In this document: positions 48,713-61,211 of the stretch, in pieces
How positions within the stretch are numbered: the first letter of the stretch is position 1
Layout: each line of letters opens with the position of its first letter
Assembly (NCBI RefSeq): GCF_004010195.1
Contig: NC_057719.1
Coordinates: 2,471,165 to 2,535,164, forward strand
DNA from: Chiloscyllium plagiosum
Taxonomy: Eukaryota
Length of the DNA: 64,000 nucleotides
Direction of reading: 5' to 3'
Translations under genes and position numbers: made by a program
Notes under the pieces: model-generated
The model's input: the letters and a program-made list of their open reading frames with translations, nothing else
Database searches by the model: none
What the model was told of the DNA's origin: nothing

Positions 48713-50689
48713 GTGCACTTCATCATCGTGAAAAAGGAAGTCAAGAAGTGCCCTGGTAAACTTCTTTAAAATTATAGACGTTTTTGAAAGGGTAAATTAC
48801 CGCGATAGAAAGTTACGTCATGTGTGGAAGAGAGTCAATAGAGGTCTCAAATATGCGTTAGTTACCTGGAAATTAGTTGCTGTATGTCTGGCGTTATATA
48901 TGGGCTTGATAGGGTGAAAATAGCGGATTTTCTTTCTCAAAGCACATCAATAAACCCAAAAGGTTATGTACATCAATAAACAGCAGGTTCAGAGTCACAG
49001 TGTCTGATAATGACTTCATAATTCACGAGGGAACTGAATTTAATTATCGCCATTGTGGGATCTGCTGCCTTGTCCAGGGATCATCAACTGAGCTGAGGCA
49101 TTATAAACCCTGTGACATTGCCACTGCAGTTCCTGTCACTTTAGCTTTACAATGTGTGTGTTAGCAAGGTCAACAGGAGTATTCTGGTTACAACTGCCTT
49201 CCACCACAAGCTGTTAAACCAGTTGTGATTAGTCCTTGTTGATAAGTTCTCTCACGTCAGGACATACTGTTTCTCTGGCTTTGCGCCATGTGACTCGTGT
49301 CTGCCAATATGACATAAACATACAAATCTCCTGTGGTTTTCCTCAGGCCTTCACGGCCCTTGTGTCTGAGCAGAAGTGCACATGGACTACAAGAAGGGAG
49401 TGGGATGTATTGTGTCAGCTTTGACCTGTGGCTGTCAGATACAAGACCAGTGCACGGTCGCATTGCGAGGAGCCTTTTGGATCAAGCAGTTCTTGAGCAG
49501 GTGCTGTATTTTTTTACTGCTGCTGAGGTTCAGGACTGCAGTTTTATAAACTTTTCCTCAAACCCCTTTACAGTGGTTAAGTGGGCCAGACCAAGTAACT
49601 GACGCTGTTAACCACTTCTTCAAAACAGTCTATTTTGACCCACAAATGGCCATTTGTTCCAATTTCTGCATCTTAGTGTGGAGTGGGCCTTTTCTTCAGC
49701 TGGAGACAGGGAGATCTGTTGCTAATTCTACACTTTAAATCACATCATCCAATGACTAACCAAATCTTAGTCGCTGTAAAATTGGAACCAACCAGCAATA
49801 ATTAGAAAGATGTTTCTTCAGTTAAAATATGGATGTACTTCTGTGCTGTGCTTCACTTACACTAAATGACATCTGAAACACAGGGCATACTGTTGTTAGC
49901 CACGAACAACATTGAACAAATGAGAGGAATAACTGGCTGATCGTTTTAATGAAGATGCTCTTTAAGGGATAAACATTGACGGAGAGAACTCCCCAGCTCT
50001 TCCAATAATTTATATCACAGCCAATTCATAGAAACATGGACAATAGGAGTGGGTGTAGGCCATTCAGCCCTTTATTTTTGCTCCCCCATTCAACATGACC
50101 ATGGCTGATCATCCAACCCAGTCCCCTGTTCCCACTCTCTCCCTATAGCCTTTGATCCCTTTAACTTCAAGAACTATATCTAACCCTTTTTAAGAAAACA
50201 TTCAATGTTTTGGCCTCAACTGTTTTCTGTGGCAGAGGATTCCACAGATTCCCCACTCTCTGGGCGAAGACGTTTCTCCTCAACAAATTAATCGGTCTTT
50301 CAATTCAGATTGCACGATACTGAGACCTCTCTGTTGCAAGACTGCAATCACAGGCAATGGCAGTACACGTTAAAAAGAACAATGCACTGTGGAATTGCTT
50401 GTCTCATTGGAATGTGCCAAGTTACTGAAAAGATTAGGAATTACTGCTCCGCGGTACTGTTACTGATTAGGTTTGTTCGATTTACGTGCAGGTTAAAGTT
50501 GTCCTCAAATACAGCTGTACCTTTATCGTTTTCAGCTTTAATTTCCTGTTTAATACCTTCCCCAACATCACAGTGTCTATCCACAAGCCTCATTATCATT
50601 TTCGTAGTATTTCTAAGTTCTATCCATATGGATTGTATTTCATGAACACTGATAGTGAGCTTTCCTCAATATGATGGCTGATTTTGTTT

Positions 50690-51040
50690 TATTGATTCAC
50701 AGGATGAGGGCATTGCCAGCAACACCAGCATTTATATTTGCCCATCCTTAATTGCCCAGAGGGTAGTTAAGAATCAGCCACATTGCTGTGAGTCTGGAGT
50801 CACATGCAGGCCAGACCAGGTAAGGATGGCAGTTTCCTTCTCTGAAAGTCATTAGTGACCCAGATGGGGATTTCCAAAAATCAATAATGAATACATGGTC
50901 ATCATTAGAGTAATAACGCCAGGTTTTTATTGAATCCACGTTCCACCATCTGTCATGGTGGGATTCAAACCCAGGTCCCCAGGACATAACCTGGGTCTCT
51001 AGATTAACAGCCCAACGATGAGACCACCAGGCCATCGCCT
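50690..51040 (-). mobile_element. tRNA-SINE, same family as 17630-17985
   Basis: Minus head AGGCGATGGCCTGGTGG..GGGTTTGAATCCC; LINE-like tail. Confidence 0.85.
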
Positions 51041-52544
51041 AACCTAATGGCTTGATGCTCCAGCTGTAAAACTTATGCAGCTCCTTCTATCAGAGATGAT
51101 CACTGTGAAAACACATTTCAAGAAGCTGAGCTGCTAAGGTGCCAATAAAAGATTAACAGAGACCTGTGAACATGTCAAGATGCTATCAGTCAGTGCTGAC
51201 ATGCAATGATATGTTCATGAGATTGATCATACTGTGGCTGAATACCTTCCGTTTTCCTCCCTCTTCTGCACTGACTGTAATTCAGACACCTTGTCATAAC
51301 TATACCCACCCCCACCTTTCTCATGGCCAGGTTTACGTGACAGCTCCTTTGCTATGAGAGATGGTTCGAATTGGTCAAAACTCAGTCCATATGATTAGAC
51401 TGGAATCAGCTATTCAAGCCCCAGGCTGAGCCTATGGTACCAAGGCAGGAATACCAGACTGACTGTGGCTCACCATCAGAGTTTTCTCAAGGACAGTGAG
51501 GGATGGGCAGTAATTACTGGTCTTGCCGGAGCTGCTCACATTCTTTTCCTTATCAAAAGGGAACACCTTGAGGATCAGTAAACAGCATTTTATGTATTTT
51601 TCTTTACTTTTGATTGTGGATTGAAACAGGAAAGGGAATGTAATAAGATCAAGGAAGGTGGGACGAATTGCTGCAATTTAATTGCTGTAACAGAGGGGGC
51701 ACAAGGTAGCCTTGGCTGAGAAGATTAGGGTGAATCCAAAGAAGTACTTTAAATATATTAGAGGAAAAAGAATAACTAGGGAGAGAATAGCACCCTTCAA
51801 GGACCAAAGTGGACGTGTGTGTAGAACTGCAGGAGACGGGCGAGATCCTCAGTGTGTTTACCATGGAGAAAGACATGAAGACTTGGGAACGTGGAGAAGT
51901 TAGTGGTCATTTGCAGTAATTTTAAAAAGCACATTACTGAAACTCATTGTAGGTCTTGTTTACACTGCTGCTTTGGTCAGGTAATGGGAAAGACAGTTTG
52001 CAGACGGGCCAGCACCCGGGGCTGGGGACAAAGTGAGATTCAGCCAGTAGCTGATTGGCTTCTGGAGTTCTGGAGTACTATCAACCTGACAACAACTCTC
52101 TGATTGGCTCCTGAGAATATGAACAGCTTGTGGGTGTGAATGCTACTGGCAGAAGCCTTTGACTGCTGAAAGGGGCAGACTGCCTCTCTGTCTCTCTTTC
52201 TCCAGTAAAATCTTTAAAGCCTGAAGAAATGCTGGTTTATTTTCCCTCACCAATTACTGTAAGCTGTGACCTTTAACCAGTTACTAAGAGTTTCCAGCTA
52301 GTATATCAATCACTTGTGCCTCTTGTAAAGAAGGGAGAAAGAGAGACTGAAGAATTTTGGCAAGTGAGGGATCGGAACAGGAAGTGTATGAAAGGATAGA
52401 GAGTGATTGGATTGAAGCTGGTCACTTCACTGAAAGAGATCTGACCGGTTTCATTGGTGACAGTCTCCTTGTATGTTATCTTTATGTAAAGATAACAAAC
52501 CAGGTCACACAGTCACTGTAGATACAGGAGGGTGCCTAGTAAAT

Positions 52545-53880
52545 GTAAACCAGGATTATTACATCCCTCTTCACAAGGAGACAATGGAAGAGCACTTGGG
52601 AACAGTGACATTAGTTCCACTAATTTTAAAATAGTTATGGAGAGGGACATAACTGGTCCACAGGTTCATGTTCTAAACTGGGACAAGGGGAATTAGACAG
52701 GAGCTTGCAGGGGTTGGTTGGAGTAGGCGGCACGGTGGCTCAGTGGTTAGCACTGCTGCCTCACAGCGCCGGAGACCCGGGTTCAATTCCCGCCTCAGGC
52801 GACTGACTGTGTGGAGTTTGCACATTCTCCCCGTGTCTGCGTGGGTTTCCTCCGGGTGCTCCGGTTTCCACCCACAATCCAAAGATGTGCAGGTCAGGTG
52901 AATTGGCCATGCTAAATTGCCCGTAGTGTTAGGTAAGGGGTAAATGTAGGGGTATGGGTGGGTTGCGCTTCGGCGGGGCGGTGTGGACTTGTTGGGCCGA
53001 AGGGCCTGTTTCCACACTGTAATCTAATCTAATCTAATCTAGTTTGTTTGCAGGCAAAGGGAGCTCCAGCAAGTGGGAGGCCTTTAAACGTCAGACAGCG
53101 AGGGTTCAAGGTCTATACGTTCCTGTGAGGGTGAGGGGCAAGGTTGGCAGGAATAGGGAACCCTGGATGACAAAAGATATTGAGGCTTTAACCAGAAAAA
53201 AGGAGGAGACATGGCTCAGGTACAGGCAGCTGGGATCAAGGGAATCCCTGGAGGTATATAGGGGATACAGGAGTTTACTGAAGAAGGAAATCAGGAGGGT
53301 GAAAAGGGAGTGTGAGATAGCTAAGAAGATTAGGGTGAATCCGTAGAAGTACTTTAAGTATATTAGAGGAAAAAAGAATAACTAGAGAGAGAATAGCACC
53401 CCTCAAGGACCAAAGTGGATGTGTGTGTAGAACCGCAGGAGATGGGCGAGATCCTCAATGAATATTTCCCCTCTGTGTTTACCATGGAGAAAGACATGAA
53501 GACTTGGGAATGTGGGTAAGTTAGTGGTCATATATTGGGGACAGTTCATATCACAGTAGAGGAGGCCTTAGACGTATTACAATGTATGAATGTGGATAAA
53601 TCTCCTGGTCCTGACCAGATAAATCCAAGAACAACGCAAAAGGCTAGAGAAGAAATTGCAGGGACCCTAGCTGATATTTTTGCATCATCATTAGCCACAG
53701 GTGAGGTCCTAGAAGGCTGGAGGGTAGTGAATATTGCACCCTGATTCAAGAAGGGCTGCAAAGAATAACCTGGGAATTATAGACCAGTCAGCCTAACATC
53801 TGTGGTGGGAAAGGTTAAATGGTGGAGTGGACTTGATGGGCCGAATGGCCTTATTTCCACTCCTATGTCTTATGGTCTTT
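52545..53880 (+). mobile_element. Internally deleted CR1 ORF2 fragment interrupted by an HE1 SINE; related fragment at 51695-51908
   Basis: ORFs 53044-53346 (EPWMTKDI) and 53535-53744 (KSPGPDQINPR, WRVVNIAP), followed by NYRPVSLTSVVGK. Confidence 0.88.
52726..53040 (+). mobile_element. Young full-length HE1-type SINE
   Basis: CpG-rich with intact A and B boxes and an (AATCT)n tail; nearly identical to 39554-39867. Confidence 0.93.
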
Positions 53881-55349
53881 TGGTTTTAACTGCTAATGAT
53901 ATTTAACTGAATATCTGAATGAGGGCATTGCAATCAATTTTACACATAAAGGTTTCCAAAATGTAAAAGTTGAGGAGGAATTTAGTCTTACACAAGGGGA
54001 GAGGATCTGTGGACCTTCCTCACAACAGAGGGCTGTTGAAGTTGGGTCGTTATGTATAACCGAGTGCAGGTTTTTAATCAGAAAGAGAATCAAGTGTTAT
54101 GGGGAAAAGCCAGGAAATTGGGGTTGAGGATTATTAGATCAGCCACAATTTCAATGACTAGTGAAGCAGACTCGATGGGTTGAATGGCCTACTTCCCTCC
54201 TAAGTCTTTGGTCTTATGGAATTTGATAAATTGCCACAAAATATACTGGTCAACAAAGCTGAGCCCCTGGAGTAAGAGTTACAGTGTCTACACAAAGACA
54301 AAGTTAGCTGAATGCCAGGAAACAGAATCATACGAGCTGTTGTTTTTCAATCTGTGGCAAGGTCATGGGGTTTGTGATGGTTGGTGTTGGGACCACGACT
54401 TTAAAAAGAAATAAATGAATGACCTTGGCGCAGGTGCAAGAGTGTCAAATTTCAACATTTGCAAAGAATTCAAAAATGATGTGTAAGGTCGATGAGATAG
54501 ATATTCAACAGGATACAGACTGCTCAGTGGAATGGGCAGACGTGTGGAACTGAAAGCAGAGCAGTGTAAAGTTTGGGAGAAGTAAAGGGAGCAATTCTAA
54601 TGGGGTTACAGGGACAGAGAGACCTTGGGATATATGTGTATAGATCATTGCAGCTGTCAAGACAGGTTTCAAAAGAACTTCATGGATAGAGGCATAAAGG
54701 ATAACTGCTGTTAGATTGTGGTAAACTTTCATAAAATGCCGCAACTAGAAAATTGACTCCGCTTCTGGGTACTGCACTTTGGGAAGGATAAAGTAGTAGA
54801 CTTCCACAGCATAGAAAAAGGCTCTGCAGTCTACTGTGTCTGTGTTAGTTGAAAATAATCACCGAACTACTCAAATCCCATTTTCCAGCACTTGGTCCAT
54901 AGCCTTGTGCGCTTTGGCACTACAAGTGTATATCGAAATTCTTCTTCAATGCAATCAGGGTTTCTGCCTCTCCCAACTTAAAAACAGTGAGTGACAGACT
55001 CCCACCATCCTCTGGGTGAAACGGTTTTACTTCATGTCCCCCCTAACCCTCCTGCCCCTCACCTTCAATCGATGCTCCTGGACACTGATCTCTCCATCAG
55101 GGGAAATATTTCTTCCTGTCTACCCTGTCTATACATCTCAATCACCTACTCCACCCATTCACTCTCTTCTGCTGTATGGAAATCAACCCGGTCTGTCCAA
55201 TCTCTCTTTAAAACTGAAACCCTCCAGCCCAGGTAACATCCTGGTAAATCTCCCCTATACCCTCTCCAGTGCTATCACATCCCTGCTATAATGTGGATTC
55301 CAGAAGTACACACAATGACTTGGCTGTGGTCAAACCAACCTTTCATACA

Positions 55350-55448
55350 CAAAAACAGAAATGCTGGAAAAGCTCAGCAGGTCTGGCAGCATCTGTGGAG
55401 AGAAATCAGAGTTAACGTTTCGGGTCCAGTGACCCTTCCTCAGAACTG
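55350..55448 (-). mobile_element. Penelope-type family B insertion with 12-bp TSD
   Basis: ACCTTT(C/T)ATACA at 55338-55349 / 55449-55460. Confidence 0.85.
55410..55447 (-). ncRNA. Minimal type I hammerhead ribozyme motif
   Basis: Minus strand AGTT-CTGAGGA-A-GGGTC(ACTG)GACCC-GAAA-CGTT-AACT: perfect 4-bp stem I, 5-bp stem II, palindromic ACGT in place of stem III. Confidence 0.75.
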
Positions 55449-56936
55449 ACCTTTTATACAGTTCCAGCATGACCTCAGTACTTTTAAACTCTATGCCTCG
55501 ACTAGGTAGATGCAGGTACAGTTACAATGTTTAAAAAGCATGAATAGGGAAGGTTGGAAGGGTATGAGCCAAATGCAGCCAGGTAGGACTTGTTTAGTTT
55601 GGGAATGTGGTTGGCATTGGACTAGATGGATCGAAGGGTCTGTTTCCATGCTGTATGACTCTATGACTCTAAAACTAATAAAGGCAAATATCCCATATGA
55701 CTTCTTAACCATTTTAAGGACCTGTCCTGCTACTTTAGGGACTGATGGGCATGTACACCAAGGTCCCTTTGATCTTCAGTGTTTCCCAGGCTCCAACTGT
55801 CCATCAAATATTTATTTTGCCATATTGTCCTGCCCAAGTGCAGCACCTCACATTTGTTACTGATCAGACCATCTGACCAGTCAGTCCATATCCTCCTGTA
55901 ATCTCAGGCTATGCTCCTCACTATTTAACATCTTACTAATTTGTATCACCTTCAACCTTACATTCAACATAAATCATTTATATAAACCATCAACTGCAAG
56001 GGGCCCAGCATTGATCCCAAAGGGAACCCAATGGACATAGATTTCTAATCAGAAAAACACCCCCCAACTATAACCTTCTGCCTCCTGCCTGTCATTTGGC
56101 CAGTTGCTGAATTTCCTAGTGTCTCATGTGTTCTTACCTTTTGCTATCAGTCTCCCATGCTGGACCTTATCAAAAGCCTTGCTGAAGTCCAAGTAGACGA
56201 CATCAAAAGCATTGCTGTCATCTGCACAGCTGCTCACCTCTTCAAAGAATTCAGTCAAGTTGGTTAGACATGACCTCCCCTGAAAACTAATGCTGACTGT
56301 GCTTAAATAATTTCACCCTCTTCAAATGCAGATTAATTCTGTCCCTCAGAATTGCTTCCAATAGTTTCCCCACCACTGAGGTTAGACTGACTGGCCTGTA
56401 GTTTGATGGTCTATCCCTGGCTCCCTTCTTGGATAATGATTCTGCATTGACAGTCCTGCAGGTCTCTGGCACTTCTCCAGATTGTGTCCAGAGAGGAATT
56501 CAGAATTGCTGCCAAGTGTCCCTGCTCTCCCCTGCCTTGCCTCGCTCGACAGCCTGGGATACATTTCATCTGGCCCTGGAGAATTATCCACCTCTAAGCC
56601 TGCCAGATCACTCAGAAATTCCTCTCTGTCTATGGTAACGTGTTTAATTGTATCACAGACATGAGGGGTTTAGAGACCGTGCAGGAATTATGACGAGAAT
56701 GGTTCAGTGATTGAGGAATTTTGTTACTTGGAAAGTCTAGGGGGCTGTTCTCCTTGAGGAAGACGGAAGGGAAATTTGATTGAGGTGTTCCAAATCATAA
56801 GGTTCTGAGACAGCTGTGGATACACAAAATGTCCACGCTGGCAAAAGAGCAAGAACCTGATGGTATCAATTTAAGATGATTGACAAAAGCGCCAATAGGG
56901 TCATGAGGAAAATCAGGAGGCAAGTAGTTCGGATCG

Positions 56937-57250
56937 GGCAGCGTGGCTCAGTGGTTAGCACTGCTGCCTCACAGTGCCAGGGATCCAGGTTCGATTCCAG
57001 CCTCGGGTGACTGTGTGTATGGAGTTTGCATGTTCTCCCTGTGTGTGTGGGTTTCCTCCCACTGTCCAAAGATGTGCAGGTCCAGGTGAATTGGCTGTGT
57101 TAAATTGCCTATAGTGTCCAGGGATGTGTAGGTTAGGTGCAACAGTCAGGGGTTAAAGTAGAAGAATGGATCTGGATGGATTACTCTTCAGAGTGTCGGT
57201 GTGGACTTGCTGGGCCAAATGGCTGGTACCCACACTGTAAGGATTCTATT
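56937..57250 (+). mobile_element. HE1-type SINE
   Basis: GGGCAGCGTGGCTCAGTGG head and GGTTCGATTCC B box. Confidence 0.88.
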
Positions 57251-57359
57251 CTGTAGTCTGAAATGAGGTGCCTGGATGTGTGGTTGAGGCAGTCCAACAT
57301 TGCCTTTTGAAAGGGAGTTGGATAAACTCCAGAAAAAAACACATACTTACTAGGCAGCT

Positions 57360-58575
57360 ATGATTTGATTTATTGTTATTACAGGTAGAATCATAGAATC
57401 CCTTCAGCCCAACAAATCCACACCGACCCTCCAAAGAGTAACACACCCAGATCAATTTCCCTATTACTTTGCATTTACCCCTGACTAATGCACCTAATCT
57501 ACACATCCCTTGACACTACGGGCAATTTAGCACGGTCAATTCACCTGAACCTGCACATCTTTGGATTGTGGGAGGAAACCTACACAGGCAGTCACCCGAA
57601 GCAGGGATTGAACCTGGGTCCCTGGCACTGTGAGGGAGCAGTGCTAACCACTGAGCTACCATGCTGCCCCACTGAGATGCAATGAAAAGTGTTGTTTTGT
57701 GAGCTGTACAGGTCGATTGTACCATACAATGTGCATCAGGGTGATAGAACAGAGTGCAGAATAAAGAGGAACCTCGATTATCTGAACAACACGGGTGGGG
57801 AATATTTTGTCAGATAATCAAATGTTTAGATAATCGAATGCCGGATAATATAGTGAAGCCATGCATTGGGACCTTGTGATCTTGCTAGATAATCCAAAAT
57901 TCAGAAAGTCGAATGCCAGATAATTGCGATTCCTATGTACAGTGTTACGACCTCAGAGAAGACCTGACAGAGGGATGGACATTAACATTGTTCAAAAGTC
58001 TGATAACAGCAGGGAAAAAGCTGCTCTTGAATTTGTTCATATGCATGATCAAACTTTTATATCTTCTGTCCATCTGCAGAGGATGGAAGAGAGTATAACC
58101 GGGGTGGGGGGGAGGGGTCTTTGATTTTACTGGTTACCTTCCCGAGGCAGTGGGAAGTATAGATGGAGCCAGTGGATGAAAGGCTGGTTTGCATGATGGA
58201 GTGGGAGGTGTTCATGATTCTCTGTAGTTTCTCGCGGTCTTGGGAAGAACAGTTCCCATACCACACTGAGACACATCCAGATAGGATGGGTTCTATGGTG
58301 CATCTATAAAAATTGGGAAGAGTCCTTGTGGATATGCTGAATTTCCTTAGCCTCCTGAGGAAGTGGAAGGGGTTGCCCTGCTTTCCTGACTCTCACATTG
58401 ATGTGGGTGGACCTGGACAGATTGTTGGTACACATCGTTCCCAGGGACCTAAAGCTCTCAACCATCTCCACCTCAGCTCCACAGATAGAGACTGGGGTAA
58501 ATCCTCCACACTGCTTCCTGAAGTCAATGACCAACTCCTCCATTTTGCTGATGTTGATGGAGAGATCATTGTCTT
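57360..58575 (-). mobile_element. Rex1/Babar-type LINE 3' part, interrupted by an HE1 SINE (57390-57670, minus) and a MITE
   Basis: Minus ORFs 58304-58543 (EELVIDFRK..GAEVEMVESFRSLG) and 58057-58266 (WYGNCSSQDREKLQRI). Confidence 0.82.
57764..57937. mobile_element. 174-bp Tc1/mariner-pogo (Tigger-like) MITE
   Basis: TA|AAGAGGAACCTCGATTATCTG ... CAGATAATTGCGATTCCTATG|TA imperfect TIRs with TA flanks; internal GATAATC repeats. Confidence 0.7.
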
Positions 58576-59194
58576 TACACTATGATACAAAGCATTCACT
58601 GAGGACCGATTAGGGGTGATGCTAGTGTTGGGACTGACTAAATCGCTCGAGCAGAGAGCCAACATAGACAGGAGGGGCAGTGCTATCCCAGGAATCCCAG
58701 GAACTCTCGATTCTATTGATAATGCCACTATCGCCACCTCACAAACTACTACTCCATGTAGCCTCTGATTGTCTCCCTGCATTGTTTGCTTGGGGCATCA
58801 AATGCACGACACAACTGTCCAAAACCACAGTTTGTGTTGTGTTGTGTGTATGTGTCTGTGAATGTGTGATTAAGGGAATACAGTTTGATTCTGGAACATA
58901 ATTTAGGTGTTAATCAATGTTTTCTGCAAATTATTTTCCTAATAAATGGATCATTTTGAGCTCAGTCAGGAAGCCTTTTATTCTGGATTGTAGCACAAAA
59001 GAGAAACAAAGCCTTGAAGCAACACATTTATGATAATAGTGTGTATGAACTTGTACAAGACACTTGTTAGACCTCAGTTACAGTACAGTGTACAGTAGGT
59101 GCCACATGTAAGGAAATATGTGAATGCATTGGAGAGAGTGCAGAATACATTGACTCAAATGGGCTCACAAATGAGAAACTTCAGTGATGAGGAT

Positions 59195-59412
59195 CGATTC
59201 AAGAACAGTTTCTTCCCCACAATTATCGAATTTTGAATTGACCTTTTTAATGTTATTGCTGATCTCTCTCTCTCTCTCTCTGTACCTCCCCAGCAGCAGT
59301 AACATTGTACCCCGCACTCTGTTACTATGATGCACTCTGTAATCCTGGAAAGCATGTAAGACCTTTTCACTGTACCTCAGTACACGTGACAGTAATAAAT
59401 CAAACCAAATCA
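59195..59412 (+). mobile_element. Rex1/Babar-type 3' terminus
   Basis: RFKNSFFP-encoding TTCAAGAACAGTTTCTTCCCC and tail CTTTTCACTGTACCTCAGTACACGTGACAGTAATAAATCAAACCAAATC. Confidence 0.65.
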
Positions 59413-59696
59413 CTTTGATCTGTTTTCCTTGGCGAGAAGTTCTGACAAGAAATTTGATTAAAGTTTTCAAAATCACATGCGAGCTGGAAAAAGTAGATAT
59501 GGGCTGAAATAACTCCACTAATGGAGATATCTCATCAGCAAGTCCCCCTTCATTTACACATGGAGAGTCCTTGACAGTGATCCAGCTTCCTCAAAGCTAA
59601 CTCTCAGCGTGAAGAGAATCTCTGACCCTCCTGTTTATATATTTTAAAAATTTTATTAACCAGTATAAATTAACAATAAAACAGTGCCTATAATAG

Positions 59697-61211
59697 TGAC
59701 CCCTGGCAACTCTTTTGTTCAAGAAGGGGAGTAGAGACAGCCCTGGAAATTGTAGACCTGTGAGCCATACTTCGGTTGTGGGAAAAGTGTTGGAAAGGAC
59801 TATAAGAGATAGGATTAATAATCATTGAGAAAAGAATAAGTTGATTGGGGATAGTCAGCACGGTTTTGTAAAGGATAGGTCATGGCTCACAAACCTTATT
59901 GAGTTCTTTGAGAAGGTGACCAAACAGGTGGATGAAGGTAAAGCAGTTGATGTGATGTATATGGATTTCAGTAAGGCATTTGATAAAGTTCCCCATGGTA
60001 GGCTGTTGCATAAAATATGGTGACATGGGACTGAGGGTGATTTAGCAGTTTGGATCACAAATTGGCTAGCTGAAAGAAGACAGAGGGTAGTGTTGATGGG
60101 TAACATTCATTCTGGAGTTCAGTGGTGTACCACAAGGATCTGTTTTGGGTCCACTACTGTATGTCATTTTTATAAATGATGTGGATGCAGGCATAGAAAA
60201 TGGGTTAGTAAATTTGTGGATGACACTAAGATCGGTAGAGTGGATAGACCGGAAGATGTTGCAGGTTACAGAGAGGCATAGATAAGCTGCAGAGCTAAAC
60301 TGAGAGGTGGCAAATTGAGTTTTATGCAGAAAAGTGTGAGATGATTCATCTTGGAAGGAGCAACAGGAACATAGAGTACGAGGCTAATGGTAAGATACTT
60401 GGTAGCGCAGATGAGCAGAGAGATCTCAGTGACCATGTACATAGATCCCTGAAAGTTGCCACACTGGTTAATAAGGTTGTTAAGAAGGCATACAGTGTGT
60501 TAGATTTTATTGGTAGAGGGATTGAGTTTCGGAACCATGAGGTCATGTTGCAGCAGTACAAAACTCTGGTGTGGCTGCACTTGGTGTATTGTGTACAGTT
60601 CTGGTCACAGCATTAAAGGAAGGATGTGGAGGCTATGGAAAGGGTTCAGAGGACAGTGTGTTAGATTTTATTGGTAGAGGGATTGAGTTTCGGAACCATG
60701 AGGTCATGTTGCAGCTGTACAAAACTCTGGTGTGGCTGCACTTGGTGTATTGTGTACAGTTCTGGTCACAGCATTATAGGAAGGATGGGGAGGCTATGGA
60801 AAGGGTTCAGAGGAGATTTACCAAGATGTTGCCTGGTGTGGAGGGAAGGTCTTATGAGTAAAGGCTGAGGGACTTGAGGCTGTTTCCATGAGAGAGAAGA
60901 AGGTTGAGAGGTGACTCAATAGAGACATATAAGATAATCAGAGGGTTAGATAGGGTGGACAGGGAGAGCCTTTTTCCACAGATGATGATGGCTAGTATGA
61001 GGGGACATTGCTTTAAATTGGGCGGTGATTGATAAAAGACAGATGTCAGAGGTAGTTTTTTTACTCAGAGAATAGTAGGGGCATGGAATGCACTGCCTTC
61101 AACAGTAGTAGACTTGCCAGGTTCAAGGGCATTTAAATAGCTATTGGATAGGCATATGGACGAGAATGGAATATATTAAGTTAGATGGGCTTCAGATTGG
61201 TTTCACAGGTC
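59697..61211 (+). mobile_element. CR1 RT fragment with an internal 161-bp tandem duplication
   Basis: ORF 59841-60023 QHGFVKDRSWLTNL..DFSKAFDKVPH; duplicated 60492-60652 / 60653-60813. Confidence 0.92.

Larger units (their letters stand above)
54810..56660 (-). mobile_element. Decayed CR1 ORF2 with nested insertions
   Basis: Minus ORFs 56382-56591 (SPGPDEMYPR) and 56287-56472 (NYRPVSLTSVVGKLLE). Confidence 0.82.

Noticed and set aside
43774..48769. Many ORFs with GLTDRDLQTGTYRQ repeats
   Set aside because: By-product of a stop-free 14-bp unit (3 units = 14 codons); all frames give the same peptide and ACTAAC variants insert stops at random.
51910..52520. CCAAT-box promoter or LTR fragment
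   Set aside because: Two ATTGG motifs are not enough; no defined termini or downstream gene.
52726..52800. tRNA gene
   Set aside because: The tRNA-like head continues into a SINE body and tail; it is one of many HE1 copies.
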